Numbered from the stretch's first letter, positions 54,273 to 64,000 are shown. The stretch is DNA of 64,000 nt from Alphaproteobacteria bacterium (GCA_963422645.2 CAXXVO010000021.1:1-64000); one strand, 5' to 3'. Translations and numbers: made by a program. The notes: a model not told the origin generated them from the sequence alone.

Positions 54273-55436
54273 ATGGATAGTGTGGCGATGCTCTGGAGCG
54301 GGCTCGCGGCGGCGGGCGCGGCTCTCTGGCTCTGCATCCTGGTGCTGCCCTGGCAGCCCTGGCGCGTCCGCGAGCGGCTCGAGCCGGAGCCCGCTGAGAA
54401 TGGCGCGGATGTCAGCCTGGATGATGTCACGGTCCTGATCCCGGCCCGCGACGAGGCGGCGGTCATCGGCGACACGCTCGCGGCGCTCGGCCATCAGGGG
54501 CGAAGCCTGCGCGTGGTCCTGGTCGACGACCGCTCCGGCGACGATACGGCGGAGATCGCGCGACAGGCAGCGCCCGAGGCGATCACTCTCGACGTTCACG
54601 CCGGCGCGCCGCTCTCCGAGGGCTGGACCGGCAAGCTCTGGGCCCTGGAACAGGGGCGGCGTCGGATCGAGACCCCGCTGACCCTCTTGCTCGATGCTGA
54701 CATCACGCTGCGGCCGGGAATGATCCAGGCGCTGCTCGCCAGGAAGGAGAAGAGCGGCGCGGCTCTCGTCTCGGTCATGGCGGCGCTCAGGATGCGGGGA
54801 GGCTGGGAGAAACTCCTGCTGCCCGCCTTCATCTTCTTCTTCCGCCTGCTTTATCCCTTCCACCTGTCGAACGGGCCCGGCCGGCGGGTCGCCGCCGCGG
54901 CCGGCGGCTGCGTCCTGATCGAGACCTCGGTGTTGGCCCAGATCGGCGGCTTCGAAGCGATTCGAGCTGCGCTCATCGACGACTGTGCGCTGGCGCGGGC
55001 GGTCAAGGATGCCGGCCACCGGACCTGGATCGGAGTGAGTCGCGGGGCGGAAAGCCACCGGACTTATCCGACCCTCGGAGCCGTGTGGCGCATGGTCGCC
55101 CGCACCGCCTACACCCAGCTCCGCTATTCGCCAGCGTTGCTGCTGATCTGCACGCTGCTCATGGCGCTCATGTTCTGGGCACCGATTGCGGGCCTTGGCG
55201 GGCCGCTCGCAGCGCAAGTCGCCGGAGGCGTCGGGCTCGTCGGGATGGCGATCTGCTACCTGCCGACGGTCCGCTACTACCGTCTCTTCTCCGCTTGGGC
55301 GTTGACGATGCCGCTCATCGGCACGTTGTTTCTCGCCATGACCTGGCATTCGGCGCTGCGCGACTGGGGCGGCCGACGGAGCGAGTGGAAGGGCCGGGTC
55401 TACGGGCGGGAGCCTGAAGGCGACCGGGTGGCGTAA
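54273..55436 (+). CDS. hpnB: Hopanoid-associated GT2 glycosyltransferase
   Basis: IPARDE, GWTGKLWAL, DADI, AAAGGCVL and LIDDCALA motifs. Confidence 0.82.
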   Translation: MDSVAMLWSGLAAAGAALWLCILVLPWQPWRVRERLEPEPAENGADVSLDDVTVLIPARDEAAVIGDTLAALGHQGRSLRVVLVDDRSGDDTAEIARQAAPEAITLDVHAGAPLSEGWTGKLWALEQGRRRIETPLTLLLDADITLRPGMIQALLARKEKSGAALVSVMAALRMRGGWEKLLLPAFIFFFRLLYPFHLSNGPGRRVAAAAGGCVLIETSVLAQIGGFEAIRAALIDDCALARAVKDAGHRTWIGVSRGAESHRTYPTLGAVWRMVARTAYTQLRYSPALLLICTLLMALMFWAPIAGLGGPLAAQVAGGVGLVGMAICYLPTVRYYRLFSAWALTMPLIGTLFLAMTWHSALRDWGGRRSEWKGRVYGREPEGDRVA

Positions 55437-55495
55437 GGGGGCGTCAGCGTGCGGCTTGCTTGACGCGTTCAGGCGGGCGTGTCAGCACGGGGCCC

Positions 55496-55813
55496 ATGTC
55501 GCAAGGAGCGGAGCAACAAGGCGCAGGCTGCCGCCTCGTGCGCGTGGCGGAGAGCGACCGGCCGGGCGTCACGATCTTTCACGACGGCCGACCGCTCGCC
55601 GCGCTCGCCGGCGACACGCTCTTGACCGCGCTGCTCTGCAACGGCGTCGCGCTGCGCCGGAACGAGTTCGACGGGGGCCTGCGAACGGGATTCTGCAACA
55701 TGGGCGCGTGCCAGGACTGCTGGGTCGTGCTCGAGAAGGGGAGCCGCATCCGCGCCTGCACGACCGAGGTGCAGGAGGGCATGCGCGTTTGCGCGCCAGA
55801 GAGCGTCACTTGA
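55496..55813 (+). CDS. 2Fe-2S subunit, opine oxidase/HcnA-like
   Basis: GFCNMGACQDCWV...RAC motif. Confidence 0.88.
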   Translation: MSQGAEQQGAGCRLVRVAESDRPGVTIFHDGRPLAALAGDTLLTALLCNGVALRRNEFDGGLRTGFCNMGACQDCWVVLEKGSRIRACTTEVQEGMRVCAPESVT

Positions 55814-57213
55814 CCGACGGCAAGCCCACGGTGCTCGTCGTCGGCGCAGGCCCCGCGGGAACGCGGGCGGCGGAGACGCTGGTCGCGCATGGCGTCGCAC
55901 CCATCGTAGTCGACGAAGGCGCACGCAGCGGCGGCCAGATCTATCGCCGGCCGCCGGAGGGTTTCAAGCGACCGGCCGCCGCGCTCTACGGCTTCGAGGC
56001 GCGCAAGGCGCAGGCCGTGCACGCGGCGCTCGACGGCCTGCGGGAGCGGATCGACTATCGCCCGGGCACCCTGATCTGGAACGTCGGGGGCGGCGTCGCC
56101 CAGGCGCTCGGGCCGGAGGGTATCGAGCGCATCAGATTCGACGCGCTCATCCTCGCCACCGGCGCCATGGATCGGGTGATTCCCTTTCCGGGCTGGACGC
56201 TCCCTGGCGTGTTCACCATGGGCGGATCGCAAGTTGCGCTGAAGGCGCAGGGCTGCGCCATCGGCGATCCGGTGGTCTTCATGGGCACCGGGCCGCTGCT
56301 CTACCTCGTCGCCTACCAGTACGTTCACGCAGGCGCGCGCGTGGCGGCGGTGCTGGACACGTCCCAATTGTCCCAGGCGATCCCAGTACTTCCCGGCTTG
56401 CTTTTGGGCGGGCGGACCTTGGCCAAGGGCCTCTGGTACATGACCTGGCTCAGGGCGGCGGGGGTCCCGGTGCGGGCCGGCGTCACGCCGGTCGCGGCCG
56501 AAGGCGGCGCGACCCTGGAGGCCGTGCGCTATCGCGACCGGCGCGGTCGCGAGCACCGGATCGCCTGCACCGGCCTCGGCATCGGCTACAGCGTCAAGTC
56601 CGAGGTGCAGCTTGCCGAGCTCGCCGGTTGCGAGATGGTGTTCGATCCGCTCGCTCAGCAATGGTTGCCGCAGGCCGACGAGGACGGCCGCGCGCTCACG
56701 GGCTCGGTCTACCTCGCGGGCGACGGGGCCGGCGTGGCCGGCGCCGATGCGGCGGAGGTGCGCGGCCGGCTGGCGGCGCTCGCCCTGCTCGCCGACAAGG
56801 GCATCGCGGCGGACCGCGCGCTGCAAGCGAGGCTGAGGGCGAAGCTCCGGCGCATCATGCGCTTTCGCAACGCGCTGGAGCGGGCGCTGCCGGCGCCCTT
56901 CCATCTGGCGCGGACGCTTCCAGACGAGACCGTGATCTGCCGCTGCGAGGCAATCACCGCCGGCGATATTCGCCAGGGACGCGCCCTCGACCCGGCGGAG
57001 ATGAACCGGGCCAAGGCCTTCACCCGCGTCGGCATGGGCCGCTGCCAGGGTCGCGTGTGCGGCCCCGCTGCCGCCCAGATTCTCGCCGCCGCGCGCGGGT
57101 GCAAGGTGGAGGAGGTGGGACGCCTTCGCGGTCAGGCGCCAGTCAAGCCGCTCGTCATCCGCGCGGGCGCCGAAGCGGCGGTCGAGGACCGATCGAGGGC
57201 CGCCTCGATATGA
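55810..57213 (+). CDS. FAD oxidoreductase, OoxA/HcnB-like
   Basis: GAGPAG, GGQIYR, ICRCE and GMGRCQGRVC motifs. Confidence 0.88.
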   Translation: MTDGKPTVLVVGAGPAGTRAAETLVAHGVAPIVVDEGARSGGQIYRRPPEGFKRPAAALYGFEARKAQAVHAALDGLRERIDYRPGTLIWNVGGGVAQALGPEGIERIRFDALILATGAMDRVIPFPGWTLPGVFTMGGSQVALKAQGCAIGDPVVFMGTGPLLYLVAYQYVHAGARVAAVLDTSQLSQAIPVLPGLLLGGRTLAKGLWYMTWLRAAGVPVRAGVTPVAAEGGATLEAVRYRDRRGREHRIACTGLGIGYSVKSEVQLAELAGCEMVFDPLAQQWLPQADEDGRALTGSVYLAGDGAGVAGADAAEVRGRLAALALLADKGIAADRALQARLRAKLRRIMRFRNALERALPAPFHLARTLPDETVICRCEAITAGDIRQGRALDPAEMNRAKAFTRVGMGRCQGRVCGPAAAQILAAARGCKVEEVGRLRGQAPVKPLVIRAGAEAAVEDRSRAASI

Positions 57214-58343
57214 GCGCGTTGCAGGCCGATGTGATCATCGTCGGCGGCGGCCTGGTGGGCTGCGCCGCGGCGCTGCATCTGCGCGGGCGCGGCGCAAGCG
57301 TCGCGGTGGTGGAGAAGAACCAGCTCGGGGCGGCGGCGAGCGGCGTCAATTTCGGCGGGGTCCGGCGCAACGGCCGCAAGCTCGCCGAGCTTCCCATCGC
57401 GACCCGCGCGCTCGCCGTCTGGAAGCGCCTGCCGGAGCTGGTGGGCAGCGACTGCGAGTACGAGATCACCGGCAACATCAAGGTCGCGCGCAACGAGGAG
57501 GATTTGGACCAGATTGCGGCCCACGCCGAGGCGCAGGCCGAGTACGGGATCGAGGTCCAGATCCTGGGCCGCAACACGCTGCGCGACCGCTACCCCTGGC
57601 TCGGCCCGAGCGCCGCGGGCGCCGCCTACTGCGCGAGCGACGGGCAGGCCAACCCGAGGCTGGTCGGCCCGGCTTTCGCGCGGGCGGCCCGGGCGGCGGG
57701 TGCGGAGCTGATCGAGCTCGACGGCGCAAAGCACGTGGAGCGCGACGGCAGCGGCTTCGTGGTCGAGACCGAGTCCGGGCGCACGCTGCGCGGGAGCGCG
57801 CTGATCAACAGCTCCGGCGCCTGGGGCGCGCGGCTCGCGGCGCGCTTCGGCGAGCAGGTCGAGATCTGGCCGATGGAGCCGCAGATGATTGTCACCGAGC
57901 CAGCGCCCTACTTCATGGTGCCCGTGCTCGCGGTGATGGGCGGCGACGTCTACGCGCGCCAGATCCCGCGCGGCAACGTCATCTTCGGCGGGCGCAGCGG
58001 CACTGCCGATCTCGATGTCGGCTTCGCCAAGGTCAACGCGGAGGAGAGCCTGACCACGCTGGCGCGAACCATCGATATCATCCCCCGCGTCGCCGAGCTC
58101 TCCGTGATCCGCTTCTGGAGCGGGGTCGAAGGCTGCACGCCCGACCACCTGCCCTTGCTCTGCCCGAGCCGGACCACGCCCGGCCTGGTGCATGCCTTCG
58201 GCTTCAGCGGCCATGGTTTCTGCCTGGGCCCGGCCTCGGGCGCGGTGGCAGCGGAATTGGCTCTCGACGGCCGCACCGAGACGCCGATCGAGGGCTTCGA
58301 TATCGGCCGCTTCGCGGAGGCGCAGCCGGAGACTGCGTCTTAG
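57210..58343 (+). CDS. DAO-family FAD oxidoreductase, OoxB/HcnC-like
   Basis: GGGLVG, ASGVNFGGVR and GFSGHGF motifs. Confidence 0.88.
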   Translation: MSALQADVIIVGGGLVGCAAALHLRGRGASVAVVEKNQLGAAASGVNFGGVRRNGRKLAELPIATRALAVWKRLPELVGSDCEYEITGNIKVARNEEDLDQIAAHAEAQAEYGIEVQILGRNTLRDRYPWLGPSAAGAAYCASDGQANPRLVGPAFARAARAAGAELIELDGAKHVERDGSGFVVETESGRTLRGSALINSSGAWGARLAARFGEQVEIWPMEPQMIVTEPAPYFMVPVLAVMGGDVYARQIPRGNVIFGGRSGTADLDVGFAKVNAEESLTTLARTIDIIPRVAELSVIRFWSGVEGCTPDHLPLLCPSRTTPGLVHAFGFSGHGFCLGPASGAVAAELALDGRTETPIEGFDIGRFAEAQPETAS

Positions 58344-58348
58344 CGCAC

Positions 58349-59584
58349 CTACCGCTGGCTCGCGACGAGACGATCGCCGAGCGCGGCCATGGCGTCGCCG
58401 TCGATGTTGGCGAGGGCGAAGCGCAGATAGTCGTCCTGGTCGGGGCCGAAGGCGCTGCCGGGCAGGCAGAGCACGTTCTCTTCCCGGATGAGCCTGCGGG
58501 CGACAACGACGGCAGGGGCGCCGGCGAAGGGATGGCGCACGTAGGCGAAGAAGGCGCCGGCGCAGATCAGCTCGTAGGCCAGGTCCTGGCGCTCAAAGAC
58601 GGCGCGGAATTGGTCGACGCGCTCCAGCACGAGGCGCCGCTTGTCGGCGCGAAAGTCCGCGAGGTGGCGGAGGCCGTAGAGCGCCGCCTCCTGCGCGATG
58701 GCGGGCGCGCAGATCGCGACGCAATCGGCGGCCTTGGCGACCTCGGCGAGCAGACCGCTACCAGCGACCAGCGCGCCAACCCGGTATCCGGTGAGGCTGT
58801 AGACCTTGGAGAAGCTGTAGAGGTGGACCAGCGTCTCGTCCCAGTCCGGGCGCGCGAACAGGCCGTGGGGCGGCGCGTCAGCGGGGAGAAAGTCGCGGTA
58901 GGTCTCGTCCAGCACCAGCGCGAGGCCGGCTTCGCGTGCGAGGCGATGGAACCCCTCGATGGCCTCCTGCGGATAGATGGCGCCCGTCGGGTTGTTGGGC
59001 GTCACCAGCACGATGGCGCGGGTGCGGGGGGTGATTCGCGCCGCCGCGTCGGCCGGGTCCGGCACGCCGCCGCGCTCGGGCCGGAAGGGCAGGTAGACGG
59101 GCGCGATGCCCAGAATCTCCAGCCACATCTGGTAGTTGAAGTAGGAGGGCGCGGCCAGGATCGCCTCATCGCCCGGCCCCGCGAGCGCCATCAGCGCGAG
59201 GCAGAAGGCCTGGTTGCAGCCGGCGGTGATCGCGACCTGATCGCGCGTGACCCGGCCGCCGTAGCTCTCCGAAAGGGCCGCTGCGAGGGCATTCCGTAGA
59301 TCGTCCCGGCCGACGATCGGGGTGTAGCGCGCCATCTCCGGCCGGCGCACCGCGTCAGCAAGATGGGCGGTCAGCGCCTCCGCCGGGGGGTAGGCCGGCA
59401 CCGCCTGAGCGAGATCGAGCAGCGGCTTCTCGGGCGGATACTCGCGCCCCGCAGCGAGCTTCGCGATTTCGGCGATGGGCGGCGGGATGACGGCGCTAAG
59501 CGCCGGGTTGATGCGATAGGCGAGGCCGCCGGCGCTAGAGCGTATCCGTTTCACACGGAAACGCTCTGATTCTTTGTCGCTCAC
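58349..59584 (-). CDS. Class I/II PLP aminotransferase
   Basis: VTPNNPTG, DETY and SFSKVY..GYRVG motifs; start codon lies within a MITE. Confidence 0.88.
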   Translation of the reverse strand: MSDKESERFRVKRIRSSAGGLAYRINPALSAVIPPPIAEIAKLAAGREYPPEKPLLDLAQAVPAYPPAEALTAHLADAVRRPEMARYTPIVGRDDLRNALAAALSESYGGRVTRDQVAITAGCNQAFCLALMALAGPGDEAILAAPSYFNYQMWLEILGIAPVYLPFRPERGGVPDPADAAARITPRTRAIVLVTPNNPTGAIYPQEAIEGFHRLAREAGLALVLDETYRDFLPADAPPHGLFARPDWDETLVHLYSFSKVYSLTGYRVGALVAGSGLLAEVAKAADCVAICAPAIAQEAALYGLRHLADFRADKRRLVLERVDQFRAVFERQDLAYELICAGAFFAYVRHPFAGAPAVVVARRLIREENVLCLPGSAFGPDQDDYLRFALANIDGDAMAALGDRLVASQR

Positions 59585-59684
59585 GGCAGCCGGCCTGCGG
59601 CCGGCGCCTGCGCGGGCGCGCCGCGTTCGCGGCGGGCCGCGGTCGCAGCCTGTCGCGCGTCCGTCAAAGTCGGACGCGCTCTAA
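59535..59684 (-). repeat. CTAGAGCG-type palindromic MITE/REP, copy 2
   Basis: Shares TAGAGCGCGTCCG.CTTTGACGGA.GCGCGACAGG and GCCGGCTGCCGTGAGCGACAAA with 26828-27005. Confidence 0.8.
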
Positions 59685-61042
59685 TAGGCGTATTCCTCGA
59701 AGAGCGGCTTGATGCTGCGGCCCCAGCGGCCCTCGTAGGCCTCCAGCATGTCGTCGGCGGCGGTGCGTCCGCTCTCGGCGATCTGGCGCAAGTAGGTGAG
59801 GTAGGAGCGCTCGTCGGAGTCGAGATTGCCGGAGACGGCACGGCGCTTGAGGCCGCCGGCCGCGATCTCGACCGTGTCGCGGGCGACCTCCTGGACCGTC
59901 CGTCCGCCAACCGTGGCGCGCAGTGCTTCCCGCGGCACGGCGCGGAGCATGGCTGCAACGTCGTCGGCGGACCAATCGGCGACCAGCGCCTCGGCCTCGT
60001 TCAATGCGGTCGAATCGTAGAGCAGACCGACCCAGAGGGCGGGCAGTGCGCAGACCTTGCCCCAGGGCCCGCTATCCGCACCGCGCATCTCGATGAAGGT
60101 CTTGAGCCGGACCTCGGGGAAGACGGTGGTGAGGTGATCCTCCCAGTCCTTGAGGGTCGGCCGCTCGCCGGGGAGCTGCGGCAGGGCGCCCTCGAGGAAG
60201 TCGCGGAAGGATTCGCCGGCCACATCCACGTAGCCGCCGTCCCGCCCGACGAAATACATGGGTGCGTCCAGCACGTAGTCGGCGTAGCGCTCGAACCCCA
60301 TGCCGGGCTCGAAGACGAAGTCGAGCAGGCCGCAGCGATCGGGGTCGGTGTCGGTCCAGACATGGCTGCGATAGCTGCGGAAGCCGCTCGGCTTGCCCTC
60401 GACGAAGGGCGAGATGGCGAAAAGCGCGGTGGCGATCGGCTGCAGGGCCATGGCGACGCGGAACTTGCGCACCATGTCGGCTTCCGAGTCGAAGTCGAGA
60501 TTGACCTGGACGGTGCAGGTGCGGGTCATCATGTCGAGGCCGAGGCTGCCCCGCGTCGGCATGTAGCGGCGCATGATCGCGTAGCGGCCCTTGGGCATCC
60601 ACGGGATCGCCTCGCGCGTCGCGTCGGGCCGGAAGCCTACGCCGTAGAAGCCGATGCCGAGCTCCCCGGAGACCGTCCGCACCTGATCCAGGTGGGCGTG
60701 CACTTCGTCGCAGGTGCGGTGCAGGTTGTGCAGCGGGGCGCCCGAAAGCTCGAGCTGGCCGCCCGGCTCCAGCGTCACGGACTGGCCGTCCTTGAGCAGG
60801 GCGATGGGATTGCCCTTCTCCAGGTAGGGGGTCCAGCCGAAGCGCTGAAGTCCCTCCAGGAGCGCGCGGATGCCCCACGGCCCCTCGTAGGGGAGCGGCG
60901 CGTGGTCCGCGAGGCGATGGCCGAACTTCTCGTGTTCCGTGCCGATGCGCCACGCCAAGCGCGGCTTGCAGCCGGATTCGAGATAGGCGATCAGGTCGCG
61001 GCGGGTGAGCGCCTCGCCTTGCTTGGTGGCGCTGTGGTTCAC
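59681..61042 (-). CDS. gshA: Glutamate-cysteine ligase
   Basis: IGTEHEKF, LEPGGQLELSG, MPKGRY and IEMRGADSGP motifs. Confidence 0.95.
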   Translation of the reverse strand: MNHSATKQGEALTRRDLIAYLESGCKPRLAWRIGTEHEKFGHRLADHAPLPYEGPWGIRALLEGLQRFGWTPYLEKGNPIALLKDGQSVTLEPGGQLELSGAPLHNLHRTCDEVHAHLDQVRTVSGELGIGFYGVGFRPDATREAIPWMPKGRYAIMRRYMPTRGSLGLDMMTRTCTVQVNLDFDSEADMVRKFRVAMALQPIATALFAISPFVEGKPSGFRSYRSHVWTDTDPDRCGLLDFVFEPGMGFERYADYVLDAPMYFVGRDGGYVDVAGESFRDFLEGALPQLPGERPTLKDWEDHLTTVFPEVRLKTFIEMRGADSGPWGKVCALPALWVGLLYDSTALNEAEALVADWSADDVAAMLRAVPREALRATVGGRTVQEVARDTVEIAAGGLKRRAVSGNLDSDERSYLTYLRQIAESGRTAADDMLEAYEGRWGRSIKPLFEEYAY

Positions 61043-61160
61043 GCTCTTTCCCTTCGGTCGCGTCGAAGCTGTGCGGGGTTTCCCCTATTCGGGCGCCGCT
61101 GTCCAGCCTATCGAAGCGCGAACTCCGACATGGCAGGGCTGTGTCGGGCGCAGCGCGGCC

Positions 61161-61958
61161 TCACCGCCAGTCGCCGGCGAGGGACTGCCAGCAGGCCAGA
61201 GCGGCCGCGACTGCGGTCTCGGCGCGCAGGACGCGGGGGCCGAGCCGGGCGAGCACGGCTGCCGAGTGATCGGCGAGCAGGCGCCACTCGGCAGGTGCGA
61301 AGCCGCCCTCGGGCCCGATCAGGATGGCCCAGGATGATCCGGAGTCGCCGTCCACCGCCCCGGCCATCGTCGAGCGGGCCCCGGGGGCACAGACCAGCAG
61401 CCGGCGATCCGGCGGCCAGTCCCTGAGCGCGTCAGGGAGGGGGCAGGGGGGGGCGACCTGTGGCACCTCCAGGCGGCCGCACTGTTCAGCCGCCTCGATG
61501 GCGTGGGCGCGGAGTCGCTCGAGGTTGACGCGCCTGGTCTGGCCGTAGCGGGTGAGGACCGGGTGGATGGCGCCGACGCCGAGCTCGGTCGCCTTCTCGA
61601 CCACGAAGCGGGTGCGTTCGGACTTGAGGGGCGCGAACAAGAGCCGCAAATTCGGTGCCGGAGTCTGCGCCGCAAGCCTCGCGACCGGCCGGACTATGGC
61701 GCGGTTAGGGGCCAGGGTCTCGATCGCGCCCTCCCACTCGCCGTCGCGCCCGTTGAACAGGCGAATCCGGCTCCCCGGCGCCTGGCGCATCACGTTTCGG
61801 AGGTAGTGGGCCTGGCCGGAGGCCAGCGCGACCGCAGAACCCGCTTCGAGCGAAGCCTCGACGAAGAGGCGGGTCGCGCTCCGGCCGTCTTCACGCTCGC
61901 GCCCCGACCCTGCCACGGGCGGCTCTCCGCTTGTCACTGCCAGGGCGCCACGATACAC
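61161..61958 (-). CDS. rsmE: 16S rRNA m3U1498 methyltransferase
   Basis: HYLRNVMR, EKATELG, IGPEGGF and LRAETA motifs; start uncertain. Confidence 0.93.
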   Translation of the reverse strand: MYRGALAVTSGEPPVAGSGREREDGRSATRLFVEASLEAGSAVALASGQAHYLRNVMRQAPGSRIRLFNGRDGEWEGAIETLAPNRAIVRPVARLAAQTPAPNLRLLFAPLKSERTRFVVEKATELGVGAIHPVLTRYGQTRRVNLERLRAHAIEAAEQCGRLEVPQVAPPCPLPDALRDWPPDRRLLVCAPGARSTMAGAVDGDSGSSWAILIGPEGGFAPAEWRLLADHSAAVLARLGPRVLRAETAVAAALACWQSLAGDWR

Positions 61959-62049
61959 CAGCAGCCATGGCCGAGCGCCTGCATAACGTGGCCGGAGCGC
62001 CGGCCGGGCGGGGGCCTAGCCCGCACTTCTCACCAGGGTCATGGTCTGC

Positions 62050-62147
62050 GCGGCGCTGTCCGGCCGACAGGGTAGGAGCGGCGCGCAGCGCGATGCGGGG
62101 ACATCGGGCAAGCGCCGTGACGCACGCTGTCGGCCGGACAGCGCCGC
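62050..62147. repeat. Perfect 21-bp inverted repeat
   Basis: GCGGCGCTGTCCGGCCGACAG (62050-62070) and its reverse complement (62127-62147). Confidence 0.7.
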
Positions 62148-62467
62148 CCTTCGGGTCGCGCCCAGGCGCCCGACCACGGCGTCGCGGGCCTCAACCGTAT
62201 TCCCCGATACGCTTTTCGTCCCGCTCCTTGTGGATCGAACGCCTGGGTGCGACGCAGGCCGTGACCGTGGTGAGAAACAACAGTTACGTCTTGTTCCTGC
62301 TGATGCTCGTACTTGCTTAGGAGTACTCGGATACCGCTGTAACATTGGGTTTTGGCCGATATCCGACGATCCTGAAAGGCCAGGAGAGGTCAGGAACACC
62401 CCTGAAGTTACTCTCATGTGTTGTGGTTGGTGTTGATTGCGATCCCAAGCCATGCCATCATGCCCGC

Positions 62468-63736
62468 ATGCCAAATTCCGGGAAGCGCGTCGCGCGCGTC
62501 AAGCTCACCATCGCCAAGCGCGCCATCGACAGCCTCGAGCCCGCCAACAAGCCATGGATCGCCTGGGATGACAAGCTGACAGGCTATGGCGTCCTCGTGC
62601 ACCCCTCGGGCGTCAAGTCCTACATCGTCAACTACCGCCTGGGCGCGGGCGGCAGGACGGCGCCCAACAAGCGCCTCGTCATCGGACGCTGTGACAGGAT
62701 GGCGGCCGAGCAGGCGCGGCGCGAGGCCCACAGGCTGCTCGGCATGGTCGCCATGGGCGAGGACCCGGCGGCCGAGCGCGCGAGGAGCCGGCGCATGCCC
62801 CCGCTCAGGCAGGCCTTCGAGCAGTACATGAGGGCCAATCCCAAGCGCAAGGCGAGCACCAACGAGTCCTACCGCGACCGCTTCGAGCGGCCGCTCGCCG
62901 ACTGGCTTGCCCGTCCCCTCGACGCCATTACCCGGAGCGACGTGGAGGACCGTTTCAACCGCATCACCGAGAAGCATGGCTGGGCGACGGCCAACCAGTG
63001 CATCTCGCTCTTGCGCTCGGTCTATCGCCGGCCCTGCGTGGACATCGAGGGACTGGCCAATCCGGTCGACCTCTGGCTCGCAGGCGGCGGGAGGTTCCAT
63101 CCCAAGCCGCGCCGCAAGATCCCGCCACCGGCGGAGGTCCTTCCGTGCTGGCGGAAGGGGATCGAGGCCGTAGTGAGCAACCCCGCCCTTCGCGACGTGT
63201 TCTGGTTCGGCATGTACACCGGCATGCGGCTCGGCGAGGTGCTGCCGCTCCGATGGGAGCGTGTGGACAGGGAGGCGCTCGTCTTCCGCGTGGATGAGAC
63301 CAAGACGGGCGCGCCGCTGGAGCTGCCCATCACCCGGCAGCTGGCAGCCATTCTCGATCGCCGGTGGGCCGAGAGCGGCCACCTGCCGGGCGGTTGGGTG
63401 TTTTCCTCTGCCTCCAGCCGCACGGGCTATTTCGTGAAGTTGACCTATTTCCATCGCCGCATCAGCGAGGCAGGTGGCGCAAAATTCTGGTTCCACGGGC
63501 TGCGCAACTGCTTCATCACGGTGGCCGAGCGCGAGTTGATGCTCCCGCACGCCCTGACCAAGCGGCTGGTCAACCACGCGCCGCCCAACGACGTTACCGA
63601 GGGGTACGCCGCCGACTGGACGATCGGGCAGCTGCGCGGGCCGGCTCAGCGCATAGCGGATTGCATCGAGGCCTTAATGATAAGTGCAGACTCCGAGCGT
63701 ATCTGCGGCGAATGGGCGGCGGTCGGGTCCTCATAA
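62468..63736 (+). CDS. Tyrosine integrase with N-terminal arm-binding domain (P4-like)
   Basis: AWDDKLTGYGV arm domain; GMRLGE, K, HGLR, VNH and EGY catalytic residues. Confidence 0.92.
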   Translation: MPNSGKRVARVKLTIAKRAIDSLEPANKPWIAWDDKLTGYGVLVHPSGVKSYIVNYRLGAGGRTAPNKRLVIGRCDRMAAEQARREAHRLLGMVAMGEDPAAERARSRRMPPLRQAFEQYMRANPKRKASTNESYRDRFERPLADWLARPLDAITRSDVEDRFNRITEKHGWATANQCISLLRSVYRRPCVDIEGLANPVDLWLAGGGRFHPKPRRKIPPPAEVLPCWRKGIEAVVSNPALRDVFWFGMYTGMRLGEVLPLRWERVDREALVFRVDETKTGAPLELPITRQLAAILDRRWAESGHLPGGWVFSSASSRTGYFVKLTYFHRRISEAGGAKFWFHGLRNCFITVAERELMLPHALTKRLVNHAPPNDVTEGYAADWTIGQLRGPAQRIADCIEALMISADSERICGEWAAVGSS

Positions 63737-63754
63737 CCTGAAGGTCGTAGGTTC
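63730..63754 (+). other. tRNA-Met(CAT) fragment, probable att site
   Basis: CTCATAACCTGAAGGTCGTAGGTTC matches the anticodon loop to T-arm of initiator tRNA. Confidence 0.7.
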
Positions 63755-64000
63755 TGTCGGTGACGGTCTAAGAGTGCACTTATTTGCTGCATTCGGCAGG
63801 TGAGCGCAGCGAGCCCATAGCCGTCGGGTTGGTGGCTGGAGGCGTTTCTCGTCGGAGCGGTGGGTAAGTAGTCCGCCGCAGCGGCCGCCAAGAGTCTGGC
63901 GGCGGCGGGCTACTTATCCACCGCGGGCGGGCGTCTCGATTCCTGTTTTGGCGAGCTGGCTGGCGGCGGTTCCGCGGACCTGACAAGGGGAGCCGCGGGA

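Noticed and set aside
55496-58343. hcnABC cyanide synthase call
   Set aside because: Same architecture is shared by opine and D-amino-acid oxidases; substrate cannot be assigned from sequence

Overview
High-GC alphaproteobacterial chromosome segment. Core genes include ampG, ibpA, chvG/chvI, pckA, pepA, holC, ggt, tRNA-His, hpnB, gshA and rsmE, alongside several catabolic and transport clusters, all heavily invaded by mobile DNA. Two single-transposase IS66 elements share terminal repeats; one carries a DNA adenine methyltransferase translationally coupled to its transposase. There is also an IS21, an IS1595 in a three-level nest, an IS1634 with a 376-bp target duplication that regenerates pckA, and a tyrosine integrase whose stop codon lies in a tRNA-Met fragment. 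The least explained signal is a family of Mu/Tn7-like ends (TGTAG...CTACA, repeated GACGAAAGTC.TTGCGAAT sites, 5-bp TSD). One forms a complete 893-bp mini-element, and these ends lie next to phage head-morphogenesis (MuF) genes. One MuF has a C-terminal nuclease-like toxin domain followed immediately by a 71-nt four-way-junction, tRNA-sized hairpin array and no immunity ORF. Family assignments come from motif recognition only; no database searches were run.
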